From Candidatus Binatia bacterium (GTDB lineage: Bacteria > Desulfobacterota > Binatia > Bin18), in assembly GCA_963664395.2 (NCBI GenBank), contig OY761159.2:864001-928000 (forward strand): DNA of 64,000 bases, read 5' to 3'. Under the pieces are notes generated by a model. The model did not search any database. It saw only the letters and a list, made by a program, of their open reading frames with translations, and was not told the DNA's origin. This document shows, piece by piece, positions 44,870 through 55,107 of the stretch (position 1 is the first letter of the stretch; each line of letters opens with the position of its first letter). The translations under genes and the position numbers were made by a program.

Positions 44870-47635
44870 ATGGCCAGAGCCAATCAGACCCCGGAACAAG
44901 CTGCTCGCGAAAATATTGATAGCTTACTTACCCAGGCAGGTTGGGCGGTCCAAGACAAAGAGAGCATCGATTTCAGCGCGGGCCTCGGGGTTGCCATACG
45001 TGAATACCAGACGGATACCGGCCCGGCCGACTACGTTCTCTTCATCGACAAGAAGCCCGTCGGCGTAGTCGAGGCCAAGCCGGAACATTGGGGCCAGAAG
45101 ATCACGACGGTCGAGGAGCAGTCCGGGCGTTACGCGTCCGCAAAACTCAAGTGGGTGAGCAAGAGCACACCCCTGCCATTCGTTTACGAAAGCACCGGGG
45201 TGCTCACCCGTTTCACCGACGGACGCGACCCGAGACCGCGCTCCCGGGAGGTGTTCAATTTCCCTCGACCGGAGACGATGCAGGGCTGGTACACCCGGTC
45301 GGCCACCCTCCGCGCGCGGCTCCGGGCGCTACCGAGCCTGGACCCCACCGGACTGAGAGCGTGCCAAGTCAACGCCATCGAGAAGCTGGAGGCATCCTTC
45401 AAAGATGACCGCCCGCGTGCCCTCATTCAAATGGCTACCGGCTCGGGTAAGACCTATACTGCCATCACCTCGATCTACCGGCTGCTCAAGCACGCGGACG
45501 CCAAGCGCATTCTCTTTCTCGTCGATACCAAGAACCTGGGCGAACAGGCCGAGCAGGAATTCATGGCCTACGTGCCTAGTGACGACAACCGCAAGTTCAC
45601 CGAGCTGTACAACGTCCAGCGCCTCAAATCGTCCTTCGTCGCCAAGGATAGCCAGGTCTGCATCAGCACCATCCAGCGCATGTACTCGCTGCTGAAGGAC
45701 CAGGAGATGGACGAAACCGCCGAAGAGATCAACCCGGCGGAGATGGTGCAGCTCAAACAAGCGATGCCGGTTGTCTATAACGAGAGGATTCCACCTGAGT
45801 TCTTCGACTTCATCATCATCGACGAATGCCACCGCTCGATTTACAACCTCTGGCGCCAGGTCCTGGAATATTTTGACGCCTATCTCATCGGCCTGACGGC
45901 CACACCGGATAACCGCACCTATGGATTCTTCGAGACGAATGTCGTCAGCGAATACGACCATGAGCAAGCCGTCGCCGACGGCGTCAACGTTGGCAACGAA
46001 ATCTACGTCATCGACACGGAAAAGATGAAGCATGGCGGTCAACTCAAGGCCCTCCAGCCGGTCGAGAAGCGCGAGCGTCTGACACGCCGCAGGCGCTGGG
46101 AGATTCAGGACGAGGACGCCACCTTTACCGCCCAGGAACTTGACCATGCTGTCGTCGTCCCTGATCAGATTCGTACGGTCATCCGCACCTTCCGCGACAA
46201 GCTGCAGGATATATTTCCCGGCCGCACCGAAGTTCCCAAGACGCTTGTCTTCGCCAAGACCGACAGCCACGCCGACGACATCATCCAGATCGTGCGCAAG
46301 GAATTCGCCCAAGGCAACGCATTCTGCAAAAAGGTCACCTACAAAGCCGAGGAAGACCCGAAATCCGTTCTTGCTCAGTTCCGAAACGACTACTACCCGC
46401 GCATCGCTGTGACCGTGGATATGATCGCCACGGGTACCGACGTCAAGCCGCTCGAATGCCTGCTCTTCATGCGCGATGTCAAAAGCCGCAACTATTTCGA
46501 GCAGATGAAGGGCCGTGGCAGCCGCACACTCGACCATGACGATCTCAAGAAAGTCTCGCCCTCCGCTGTCAGCGGCAAGACCCACTATGTGATCGTGGAC
46601 GCTATCGGCGTCACGAAATCCCTCAAGACCGCCAGCCAGCCGCTTATCACCAAACCTTCCGTGCCACTCAAGGACCTCGCCATGGGCGTGATGATGGGCG
46701 TGCACGACGAAGACACGGTGAGTTCCCTTGCCGGCCGCCTCGCGCGGCTTAATCAGCAACTCGACCCCGCCGAGCAGGAGCGGATTAAAACGCAAGCCGG
46801 TGGTATCGAACTCACTCAAATCGTCGGCAATCTACTGGCGGCTATCGATCCTGACCGCATTCAGGAAAAGGCGCGTGAAATCGAGCCCGTACCCGACGGT
46901 GCCGAGCCGTCGCCAGCCACCTGCGAAAAGGCGCAGGAGCAGTTGGTCCGTGACGCAGCCAGTGTCTTCAACGGCGAGCTGATCGAGCTGATCGACTCGA
47001 TTCGTCGCGACAAGGAACAGACCATCGACCATGACAGCCTGGACACCGTGCTCCGCGCTGAATGGGAAGGCGACGCGCACGAGAACGCCGAAGCCATGGC
47101 GCAGGACTTCCAGCACTACCTGGAAGCCAATCGCGACGAGATCGAAGCCCTGACCATCTTCTACGCCCAACCGCACCGTCGCCGCGAGTTGACCTATGCC
47201 ATGATCCGCGAGGTGTTCGACAGACTGAAGAACGACAAACCGCTCTTGGCCCCTTTGCGAGTTTGGCAGGCTTATGCCCTGCTCGATGAATACAAGGGCA
47301 GTCAACCGGCCAGCGAACTGACCGCACTTGTAGCCTTGATCCGCCGCACCTGTGGCATTGACAGCCAACTCTCGCCCTACTCGGAAACCGTACGTCGCAA
47401 CTTCCAGAATTGGATCATGACGCGCCACAGCGGCAGCGGAGAGAAGTTCAACGAGGAGCAGATGGACTGGCTGCGCATGATCCGCGACCACATCGTTACC
47501 TCGTTTCATCTGGACCGCGACGATCTGGAGATGGCTCCGTTCGATGGCAAAGGCGGCATGGGGCAGATGTACAAGCTCTTCGGCGACCGGATGGATGATG
47601 TGATTGGCGAATTGAACGAGGCTCTCGCAGCGTGA
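44870..47635 (+). CDS. hsdR: Type I restriction enzyme R subunit (EcoEI-like C-terminus)
   Basis: ADY...VVEAK; MATGSGKT; DECHRSIY; GLTATP; QMKGRG. Confidence 0.93.
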   Translation: MARANQTPEQAARENIDSLLTQAGWAVQDKESIDFSAGLGVAIREYQTDTGPADYVLFIDKKPVGVVEAKPEHWGQKITTVEEQSGRYASAKLKWVSKSTPLPFVYESTGVLTRFTDGRDPRPRSREVFNFPRPETMQGWYTRSATLRARLRALPSLDPTGLRACQVNAIEKLEASFKDDRPRALIQMATGSGKTYTAITSIYRLLKHADAKRILFLVDTKNLGEQAEQEFMAYVPSDDNRKFTELYNVQRLKSSFVAKDSQVCISTIQRMYSLLKDQEMDETAEEINPAEMVQLKQAMPVVYNERIPPEFFDFIIIDECHRSIYNLWRQVLEYFDAYLIGLTATPDNRTYGFFETNVVSEYDHEQAVADGVNVGNEIYVIDTEKMKHGGQLKALQPVEKRERLTRRRRWEIQDEDATFTAQELDHAVVVPDQIRTVIRTFRDKLQDIFPGRTEVPKTLVFAKTDSHADDIIQIVRKEFAQGNAFCKKVTYKAEEDPKSVLAQFRNDYYPRIAVTVDMIATGTDVKPLECLLFMRDVKSRNYFEQMKGRGSRTLDHDDLKKVSPSAVSGKTHYVIVDAIGVTKSLKTASQPLITKPSVPLKDLAMGVMMGVHDEDTVSSLAGRLARLNQQLDPAEQERIKTQAGGIELTQIVGNLLAAIDPDRIQEKAREIEPVPDGAEPSPATCEKAQEQLVRDAASVFNGELIELIDSIRRDKEQTIDHDSLDTVLRAEWEGDAHENAEAMAQDFQHYLEANRDEIEALTIFYAQPHRRRELTYAMIREVFDRLKNDKPLLAPLRVWQAYALLDEYKGSQPASELTALVALIRRTCGIDSQLSPYSETVRRNFQNWIMTRHSGSGEKFNEEQMDWLRMIRDHIVTSFHLDRDDLEMAPFDGKGGMGQMYKLFGDRMDDVIGELNEALAA

Positions 47636-49152
47636 TGGGACTCGAAGCTGCAAGAATCCCAAACGGCTGGGCTCAGACATCGCTCGAAGCAGTGTGTCAG
47701 ATTCTCGATTCTAGGCGTATTCCGTTAAACAGCAGCGAACGCTCGCGGCGTATCGCCGGTAAGTCCGCTGATGATCTCTACCCCTACTACGGCGCTACAG
47801 GTCAAGTCGGTGTAATTGACGACTTCATCTTCGACGGAGAGCACGTTCTGCTGGGTGAAGATGGTGCCCCATTTCTCGATCCTTTCAAGGTCAAATCGTA
47901 TCTGGTGGGTGGGAAATTTTGGGTCAACAATCATGCTCATATTCTCAAAGCAGCCATATCTAACAGATACCTTTCTCGCTACCTCAACCAGATCGACTAT
48001 TCAGACTACGTAACAGGAACGACGAGACTTAAGCTCACACAGAACGCGCTAAAGCGAATCCCCGTTCTGGTTGCTCCCACAGCGGAACAACACCGCATCG
48101 TCACCAAGATCGAGGAACTGTTTTCCGAACTGGACAAGGGCATCGAGAGCCTGAAGACGGCGCGGGCGAAGCTCAATGTCTATCGTCAGGCCGTGCTCAA
48201 GCACGCCTTCGAAGGCAAGCTCACGGCCCAGTGGCGCGGAGAGCATCTGGAGGCTAAACCTGCTAGCGAACTTCTGCAGCGCATCCTCGTCGAACGTCGC
48301 CGCGGTTGGGAAGAAAACCAACTCCGAAAGTTTGCAGAGAAAGGAAAAGCACCGTCGAAGAACTGGAAGGCGAAGTACAAAGAACCGGCCACAGCCGATA
48401 CCACCGACCTACCGCTTCTACCAGACTCGTGGTGTTGGAGCAGTATCGACCAGTTAATCAGGGAACCACTGAGAAACGGTCACTCTGCTGTGGCCTCGCA
48501 GACCGACGGGGGTATCCCGACTTTCTCCATCTCGGCGGTAACGGACGGAGACTTCTCGGCAAAAAATATAAAAATGACTTCTGCCGATCCACTAAAGGTA
48601 CAGGATTTATGGATTGAGTCTGACGACATTTTTGTACAGAGATCTAATACCCCCGAGTTGGTCGGCACAGCGAGGCGATACAGAGGGGAGAACGGTCGCG
48701 CAATTTTTCCAGATCTTCTAATTCGGATAAGAGTTACTTCATCGGTTTTATCTGCATTTGTCGAATTAGCGCTTCAGTCCGTTCGTTGCCACGCCTACTT
48801 CAGACATAAATCTCAAGGAATATCAGGGAGCATGCCCAAAATAGACCAGGACGTAGTGCGGCTTGCGGCGATTCCGATTCCACCATTGCCGGAGCAGGAA
48901 GCCATTATCGAGGCCGTCGAGGGCCAACTCACTGTCATCGACCACATCGAAGCCGAGATCGACGGTCAGCTACTCAAGGCCGATTCCCTTCGTCAGTCGG
49001 TTTTGAAAAAAGCTTTTGCAGGCGAGCTTGTTCCTCAAGACCCACGCGACGAACCGGCATCCGTTCTTCTGGACCGAATCAAGGCCGAAAGAGAGAAGGC
49101 GGCAAAGAACAACCACGCCAAGAAAACGAAGAAGAGAAAGGCAGCCGCATGA
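47632..49152 (+). CDS. hsdS: Type I restriction enzyme specificity subunit
   Basis: Two TRDs with conserved PTAEQHRIV / PPLPEQEAI and LKHAFEGKL / LKKAFAGELVPQDP. Confidence 0.93.
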   Translation: MMGLEAARIPNGWAQTSLEAVCQILDSRRIPLNSSERSRRIAGKSADDLYPYYGATGQVGVIDDFIFDGEHVLLGEDGAPFLDPFKVKSYLVGGKFWVNNHAHILKAAISNRYLSRYLNQIDYSDYVTGTTRLKLTQNALKRIPVLVAPTAEQHRIVTKIEELFSELDKGIESLKTARAKLNVYRQAVLKHAFEGKLTAQWRGEHLEAKPASELLQRILVERRRGWEENQLRKFAEKGKAPSKNWKAKYKEPATADTTDLPLLPDSWCWSSIDQLIREPLRNGHSAVASQTDGGIPTFSISAVTDGDFSAKNIKMTSADPLKVQDLWIESDDIFVQRSNTPELVGTARRYRGENGRAIFPDLLIRIRVTSSVLSAFVELALQSVRCHAYFRHKSQGISGSMPKIDQDVVRLAAIPIPPLPEQEAIIEAVEGQLTVIDHIEAEIDGQLLKADSLRQSVLKKAFAGELVPQDPRDEPASVLLDRIKAEREKAAKNNHAKKTKKRKAAA

Positions 49153-50633
49153 ACACCGCCCCCATTGTTTCCAAAGTCTGGAGCTTCTGTACCACCCTGC
49201 GCGATGACGGGGTGAGCTATGGCGACTACCTGGAACAGCTCACCTATCTGATCTTCCTCAAGATGGCCGACGAGTACGCCAAACCGCCGCACAATCGGGA
49301 TGTCGGCATCCCTGTCGAATACAACTGGCAGAACCTGAAGTCGAAGCGGGGCGCGGAACTCGAAAGCCACTACGTCACCCTGCTTCGCCAGCTCGGCACC
49401 AAGGCGGACATGCTGGGCCAGATTTTTACCAAGGCCCAGAACAAGGTCCAGGACCCGGCGAAGCTGTTCCGCCTCATCGACATGGTGGACGACACCGAAT
49501 GGGTGACTATGGGTGCCGACGTAAAGGGGGATATTTACGAAGGGCTTCTGGAGAAGAACGCCGAAGATACCAAGTCAGGCGCGGGCCAGTATTTCACGCC
49601 GCGCGCTCTTATCCGTGCCATGGTCGAATGCGTCCGGCCCGAACCGGGCAGGCTCATCGCCGACCCGGCCTGCGGTACAGGTGGCTTCTTTCTGGCTGCC
49701 TACGACTTCATCATCAACCCGGACAACTTCAATCTCGACAAGGAGCAGAAGGCGTTCCTCAAGCACGAGGCGTTTCGCGGCAACGAGATCGTCGCCAACA
49801 CGCGCCGGCTGTGCCTGATGAACATGTTCTTGCACAACATTGGTGAGATCGACGGCGGCGCGCCCATTTCGTCAAACGATTCGCTCGTGGCCGATGCCGG
49901 CCAGCGCTTTGACTATGTACTGGCGAATCCGCCTTTCGGCAAGAAGAGTTCCATGAGCTTCACGAACGAGGAGGGCGAACAGGAAAAGGACGACCTGACC
50001 TACAACCGGCAGGACTTCTGGGCGACCACCTCGAACAAACAGCTCAATTTCGTGCAGCACATTCGTACGATGCTCAAGACCACCGGCCGCGCCGCCGTCG
50101 TCGTGCCGGACAATGTTTTATTTGAGGGCGGTGCCGGGGAGACGATTCGCAGGAAGCTGCTGGACAACACCGACCTGCACACCATCCTGCGCCTGCCGAC
50201 CGGCGTGTTCTACGCGCAAGGGGTCAAGGCCAATGTGATCTTTTTCGACAACCACGAAGCCAGCCCGAATCCCTGGACCAAGCAGGTCTGGTACTACGAC
50301 TACCGCACCAATGTTCACCATACACTCAAGAAAAAGCCCCTCCGCTTTGAAGACCTGCAGGATTTTATCCAGTGCTATCACCCACAAAACCGTTGGGAAC
50401 GGACGGAAACCTGGGACGCGGAATCGAACCTTGAGGGGCGGTGGCGTGCATTCTCGTATGACGAGATACTCGCTCGGGATAAAACCAGCCTGGATATTTT
50501 TTGGCTCAAAGACAAAAGTCTGGCCGATCTTGATAATCTGCCTGAGCCGGATGAGCTGGCAGCCGAAATCATTGAAAACCTGGAGTCCGGACTTGCCCGT
50601 TTTAGAGAGATTGTGGCGGCATTGGAGCGATGA
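49149..50633 (+). CDS. hsdM: Type I restriction-modification methyltransferase
   Basis: GQYFTPR, DPACGTGGF, ANPPF. Confidence 0.95.
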   Translation: MNTAPIVSKVWSFCTTLRDDGVSYGDYLEQLTYLIFLKMADEYAKPPHNRDVGIPVEYNWQNLKSKRGAELESHYVTLLRQLGTKADMLGQIFTKAQNKVQDPAKLFRLIDMVDDTEWVTMGADVKGDIYEGLLEKNAEDTKSGAGQYFTPRALIRAMVECVRPEPGRLIADPACGTGGFFLAAYDFIINPDNFNLDKEQKAFLKHEAFRGNEIVANTRRLCLMNMFLHNIGEIDGGAPISSNDSLVADAGQRFDYVLANPPFGKKSSMSFTNEEGEQEKDDLTYNRQDFWATTSNKQLNFVQHIRTMLKTTGRAAVVVPDNVLFEGGAGETIRRKLLDNTDLHTILRLPTGVFYAQGVKANVIFFDNHEASPNPWTKQVWYYDYRTNVHHTLKKKPLRFEDLQDFIQCYHPQNRWERTETWDAESNLEGRWRAFSYDEILARDKTSLDIFWLKDKSLADLDNLPEPDELAAEIIENLESGLARFREIVAALER

Positions 50634-50676
50634 GAATACAGCCCTGAGAAGGAGGGCCGGACGTTTTAAGGGGGCA

Positions 50677-50775
50677 GGGAACCCACCCCGCCGCTGCGCG
50701 GCACCCCTCCAAGGAGGGGAGTTAAGGCAAGGGGAACCCACCCCGCCGCTACGCGGCACCCCTCCAGGGAGGGGA
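50677..50775 (-). repeat. Two tandem REP-like elements, inverted relative to the 44761 copy
   Basis: GGGAACCCACCCCGCCGCTGCGCGGCACCCCTCCAAGGAGGGGA (50677-50720) and GGGGAACCCACCCCGCCGCTACGCGGCACCCCTCCAGGGAGGGGA (50731-50775). Confidence 0.85.
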
Positions 50776-50786
50776 GTGGTATGGAA

Positions 50787-51173
50787 TTAATGCGTTGGCA
50801 GCGGAGAAAAATGGGCGCTGACGATTTTCCATTGACCGCCCTCTTTGCCAAAGACCAAGGTGGTCCGTCCGTTCAGCGTTTGCACGTTACCGTCCTTCCC
50901 CACTGCGGTGAAAGTGTCATAGCCATTTGCCACCCCTGCACTCTCCCCAATTGTCCGGCAGGACAGTTGGCGCAGGCCCGCGCTCGCTGAGACAATACCT
51001 TCCATTGCGCCCCGCAAAAAATCAGCGAACTCCGGCTTGCTGTCAAACCGATATGGAACGTGATCAATCACCTCGAGGTTCTCGGACAGCATGTCGATAG
51101 CCTCTTGTACGTTTAATTGAGTAAAGGCGTCAAAGAAGCCCCTGGCCGCGGCTTCGATTTCTTGTACACTCAT
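50787..51173 (-). CDS. NTF2/SnoaL-like protein
   Basis: GRTTLVFGKEGGQWKIVSAHFS; AGGAGG RBS. Confidence 0.85.
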   Translation of the reverse strand: MSVQEIEAAARGFFDAFTQLNVQEAIDMLSENLEVIDHVPYRFDSKPEFADFLRGAMEGIVSASAGLRQLSCRTIGESAGVANGYDTFTAVGKDGNVQTLNGRTTLVFGKEGGQWKIVSAHFSPLPTH

Positions 51174-51371
51174 AATCTGGTCCCTCCTGTATAGATTATA
51201 CTTGCCCGTCTGCTTAGCGGGACTGGGAAAGGGATGCAAGCCGGCCCGACCGTTACAGGGGCAGCGGTTGCGGAATTATACTTTCTCAGGCAGAAAGGCT
51301 CGGTAACGAAGACCCGTAGTATCCCGGCTCCGGAGGGGATGTTGGGCTGGGTTTTTCTCAGGGGAGACAGC

Positions 51372-52643
51372 GTGACAAGTATTTTTCGTGGAGGGGGTTT
51401 CCTCCTATGCTGGCTTGTGTCCTGTGTCGTTTTCGGGGCCTTTGCCCCGGTTGCCCAGGCTCAAGAGAACGGACAGGAGCGCATTCTTGCGGACTTTTTC
51501 CCCTACCGGGAAGGGCCGCTGCAGGTGGAGGGTATCCCGCCCGGCCTGAAAATTGATGCCACGAACGCCGCAGTCGCCTCTGCGGTCTTGCCGCCGGAGA
51601 TTCTGACCTATCTGGCGGCGGGTGATTTTTCGATCACGGTGCAGGAGACCACGGACCTGCGGCTCCGACAGACATTTATTGACGCCACGCTCCAACACCA
51701 TAGCGGGGTGGTGGTCGGAGAGGGCGAACTCCAGAACTATGTGGCTGGTCGGCCTTTTCCCGTGCTCCAGGCGGACGACCCGCAGGCCGGGCTGAAAGCT
51801 ATCTGGAATCTGCGCTACCGCGACCAGGGCGATAACGCGCAAATGTGGGCGACGAATAGTCTGGTCAACAGTAGTGGCAATACGGAACGCTCGCAGAGTT
51901 TTGCGTTTTCCTCGCTCTACGGCATGCATCGCTCCGACAGCGCAAAGAATATCCCGCAGTGGGAGAAGCAAGGGGTCTACTCCAAACAATACACCCGTAT
52001 GCTGGCGCCGTCGGACAGTGAGGGGAACCAAATCCTCGGCGTGACACCTGACAGAGATATCCTGCCACAGGATCAATGGGCCTATGATCCAAAGACGCGC
52101 CGCACCCGGAAGATTGTCTACACTCCATATATCTCGCCTGGGCGGGGAGTGTTGCTCATCGAGGATCGCTCAGGTTTCCTGGGGTATATTCACGACTATG
52201 ACTGGAGATATCTGCGCGAGCAGACTGTCTTGACCCCTGGGCCGATCCGAGCGACCGCACCCACCTGGGGCGGGAGAGGCAATTGGTATCTGGTTGACCC
52301 CTGGGAGCTGCGGCGGGCAGCGGTCGTTGAGGCAACGCCCAGGATTTCTCATCCGCTCTATAGCCGGCGTGTCATCTATATCGATGTCCAGACCTCTCTG
52401 CCCTTATACGCCTTCACGTACGATCATGACGGCAATCACAAACGGACCTTTCTCCTCACCGCCCGGCATCCCGAGTTCAATCCGTGGGACAATGATGCCT
52501 GGGTGGCTCAAATTGCCGCCCAGGCATCGATTGATTATCAGCTTGAGCGGGCCAATAATTTTCAAATAACGAAGATCCTGCTCAATCGGACCCTCCCCCC
52601 GAGTCAGTTCACTGTCATGACGCTCATGTTGCGGGGCAAATAA
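51372..52643 (+). CDS. DUF1329-family periplasmic protein
   Basis: Signal peptide; YVAGRPFP...DPQAGLK; QWAYDPKTRRTRK; HPLYSRRVIYID; paired with DUF1302. Confidence 0.8.
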   Translation: MTSIFRGGGFLLCWLVSCVVFGAFAPVAQAQENGQERILADFFPYREGPLQVEGIPPGLKIDATNAAVASAVLPPEILTYLAAGDFSITVQETTDLRLRQTFIDATLQHHSGVVVGEGELQNYVAGRPFPVLQADDPQAGLKAIWNLRYRDQGDNAQMWATNSLVNSSGNTERSQSFAFSSLYGMHRSDSAKNIPQWEKQGVYSKQYTRMLAPSDSEGNQILGVTPDRDILPQDQWAYDPKTRRTRKIVYTPYISPGRGVLLIEDRSGFLGYIHDYDWRYLREQTVLTPGPIRATAPTWGGRGNWYLVDPWELRRAAVVEATPRISHPLYSRRVIYIDVQTSLPLYAFTYDHDGNHKRTFLLTARHPEFNPWDNDAWVAQIAAQASIDYQLERANNFQITKILLNRTLPPSQFTVMTLMLRGK

Positions 52644-52697
52644 GGCACAAGTAAGGCAGCGGAAATCCATATTCCGAAATCCATATAGAGAGTTGAC

Positions 52698-54482
52698 ATG
52701 AATGTCTGTCCGCTGAGAAAAAGATGGCTGTGGGTCGGCCTGCTTGTTGGAGGCTTGCTGGGTCTTCAGGCCGGGCCGGCCTGGGCAATTTTTCTTGATA
52801 CGGACGAAAGCCTGCGTTTCAGCGGCCGGGTGTACAACCGCACCGCCCTTTCAGTCGAGCGGGCGTCGGATAATACGCGTCTCCAGACTCCGTATAACGA
52901 CTGGAACATGCTCCAGAATCGGACGTTGATCCAGGGCGAGTTGAGTCACGACCTCACCCGTCTGGTTGCAGGTAACGCGACCGGCGTCCTGGCACCGCTG
53001 CAAGCGCTCTTCGCACCGTTGCGTGTGCTGGAAGCGGATACCCTCGACTACTTTGTGACCTACCGGGGGGAATACGACGGGGTGTGGGACTATGGCCCGG
53101 CTGTTTTTCGTGAACGCTTTCCGCTTCTGACCGATTGCGGGACGCCGACCAAGGCCAAGCACTCACACCCCAGACGCTTTGCCGACTGTCGTCATGCGGA
53201 CCCGCGGCAACGCCTGCGTCATCGTCACCGCTTGTTTGAAGCCTATGTGAACTATGCTCATGGGCCCCTCTTCCTGCGGATCGGACGCCAGAACCTGTCG
53301 TGGGGTGAGACCGATGTCTTTCGCCTCCTGGATCAGATTAATCCACTCGACGCGGGCTTTGGCGGTTTTCTCATCTCGCTGGACGAGCGGCGTGTCCCGC
53401 TTGATATGGCCCGGGTTGTCTATGGCTTCGGCGGGGTGGGTCCGCTGTCCGAGCTCAACCTCGAAGGCTTTATGGTCTTTGACGATAAAATCGCCGCGCC
53501 GGTTCCCACCGGCTCTCCCTGGTCAACGCCGAATACCCCAGGTGTTCCGGGGCGCATCAAAAAGCCGTCAAAGAATTTTGTAGACGCGCGGGGCGGAGGT
53601 CGTCTTGTCGGCGTGTGGGGCGAGTTCATGTTCAGTCTGGCCCACTACGCCACCTACCTGGATACGCCCACGCTACGCATTGTGACGCCGACCAATCGGC
53701 CGCTCAACCTGGGCGCTTTTGAGACAGCCGTACAGGCGGATGAGACGGCACGTTTTTTAGCCGATAATTTCCAGGCGCATGTCCTGTATCCGAAAGTCCA
53801 GATTAGTGGCGGTACGCTCACTTTTAGTGTGCCGCGCTTCTCTTCCATCATTCGGAGTGAGTTTGCCTATTTTCACGATGAGCCATTTTTTCACAATTCC
53901 GCATCGGATCAGATTTTAGGCCCGGCGCTGACTGGTGACATAACGCCCGGATATCAGCAGGTCGGCACCGACCCCGGAACCGGCCAGGCCCGCTTACGTT
54001 ACCGGAGCAAGGCCAGCCGGTCCGACGTGGTGCGCTGGTCTCTCGGTATTGATATCACGCGTTACATCAGTCTCTTGAACCCGAACCAATCTTTCCTGAT
54101 CAGCAGCCAGATTTTTGGCAGGCACATCCTGGATTTCAATGACACACCAGTCTCCGACGTATCCGACTCGTTTGGTTTCGGGCATTTTGCGGCTCCAATC
54201 AAAGACCCCAATCGGGACAATAATACCTTTGTGAATATTGATCAGCATCAGTTTATTCAAACCCTTTTGGTCTCAACTGCGTATTTCTCGGGTGCCGTCG
54301 AGCCCAAGCTGATCTTTTTGTATGACTGGCAAGGCTCATGGCTGGTCCAGCCGGGCCTCACCTTTATCCGCGATCCGTTTCGTCTGACCGTGCAGTACAA
54401 CTATATGGACGGTCAGTATAACGGCATTGGATTTTTGCGTGACCGGGATAATGTGATCATTCAGTTAGAGGCGGTTATTTGA
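52698..54482 (+). CDS. DUF1302-family outer-membrane protein
   Basis: Signal peptide; LRIGRQNLSWGETDVFRLLDQINPLD; C-terminal GFLRDRDNV. Confidence 0.8.
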   Translation: MNVCPLRKRWLWVGLLVGGLLGLQAGPAWAIFLDTDESLRFSGRVYNRTALSVERASDNTRLQTPYNDWNMLQNRTLIQGELSHDLTRLVAGNATGVLAPLQALFAPLRVLEADTLDYFVTYRGEYDGVWDYGPAVFRERFPLLTDCGTPTKAKHSHPRRFADCRHADPRQRLRHRHRLFEAYVNYAHGPLFLRIGRQNLSWGETDVFRLLDQINPLDAGFGGFLISLDERRVPLDMARVVYGFGGVGPLSELNLEGFMVFDDKIAAPVPTGSPWSTPNTPGVPGRIKKPSKNFVDARGGGRLVGVWGEFMFSLAHYATYLDTPTLRIVTPTNRPLNLGAFETAVQADETARFLADNFQAHVLYPKVQISGGTLTFSVPRFSSIIRSEFAYFHDEPFFHNSASDQILGPALTGDITPGYQQVGTDPGTGQARLRYRSKASRSDVVRWSLGIDITRYISLLNPNQSFLISSQIFGRHILDFNDTPVSDVSDSFGFGHFAAPIKDPNRDNNTFVNIDQHQFIQTLLVSTAYFSGAVEPKLIFLYDWQGSWLVQPGLTFIRDPFRLTVQYNYMDGQYNGIGFLRDRDNVIIQLEAVI

Positions 54483-54514
54483 TCCCTCTTTCTCGGATGA
54501 GGCCCCGACCTGAC

Positions 54515-54590
54515 GTGGTTCCCTCCGATGCTGGCCTGTTGCCCTTCCGTGCACTTGACGACGCTCTCGGACTGACCGCTAGCATGACTG
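54515..54590 (+). pseudogene. IS1380-family transposase fragment
   Basis: SDAGLLPFRALDDALGLT matches the remembered N-terminal motif of IS1380 transposases. Confidence 0.55.
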
Positions 54591-54669
54591 AAGCGGACCT
54601 CGGTCTCAAGAGCATTCCACACAATCCGCTGTTATTTGGCATCCTGCACTGGAAGAATGCCGCCTATCC

Positions 54670-55085
54670 CTACCACGTCATCCTCTTCTCCGACCTGGGG
54701 GCCAGGATGTCCGGGTCGTCGTTGCCGACGTTGTTCACCCTGGTACTGATGGGGCACTGCTCGTAGGGGCCAGCATAGGGTTCACGCACCAGGTCGAGGA
54801 GCCACGGCACCGGCAATGATGGATTGAGCCGACCGGCAAAAAAGGCGGGGTCCACTATCGCCGGCTGTCGGTGCTGGATGTCGGTAAGCCCCGGGGAGGT
54901 CGCGATGGTAATGATGGTGAAGGATTCGAGGGATTCTCCGTCCTTGCCCAACGCTCCCACAACGCGGCGAACGACAGGGGCGATCCGTCCGCAAGCGCCA
55001 GAAAGTAGGGCTGTTTGCCGTGTCCGGTCTAGGTCCACTCAAACCAACCGTATGCCAGCACCAGGCATCGACGTGAGCGGAAGGC
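54670..55085 (-). pseudogene. SRAP (SOS-response-associated peptidase) pseudogene
   Basis: AFRSRRCLVLAYGWFEWT*...KQPYFL...FAALWERW, frameshift, then ESFTIIT...HRQPAI...STRVNNVGND; N-terminus missing. Confidence 0.8.
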
Positions 55086-55107
55086 GACACCGTGCGCCGG
55101 CATACCA

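Noticed and set aside
45329-46819. Long antisense ORFs (496 aa here; also 8441-9472, 41854-42939, 35052-35927, 61038-61928 and others)
   Set aside because: Shadow frames opposite well-supported genes in GC-rich DNA; no recognisable motifs.
47632-49152. Phase-variable or invertible hsdS (shufflon)
   Set aside because: Single hsdS, with no extra TRD copies, recombinase or simple-sequence tract.
44806-50676. Terminal inverted repeats around hsdRSM (TAAACACTCCGGCTC vs TAAAACGTCCGGCCC)
   Set aside because: Similarity is too weak and no target duplication was found.
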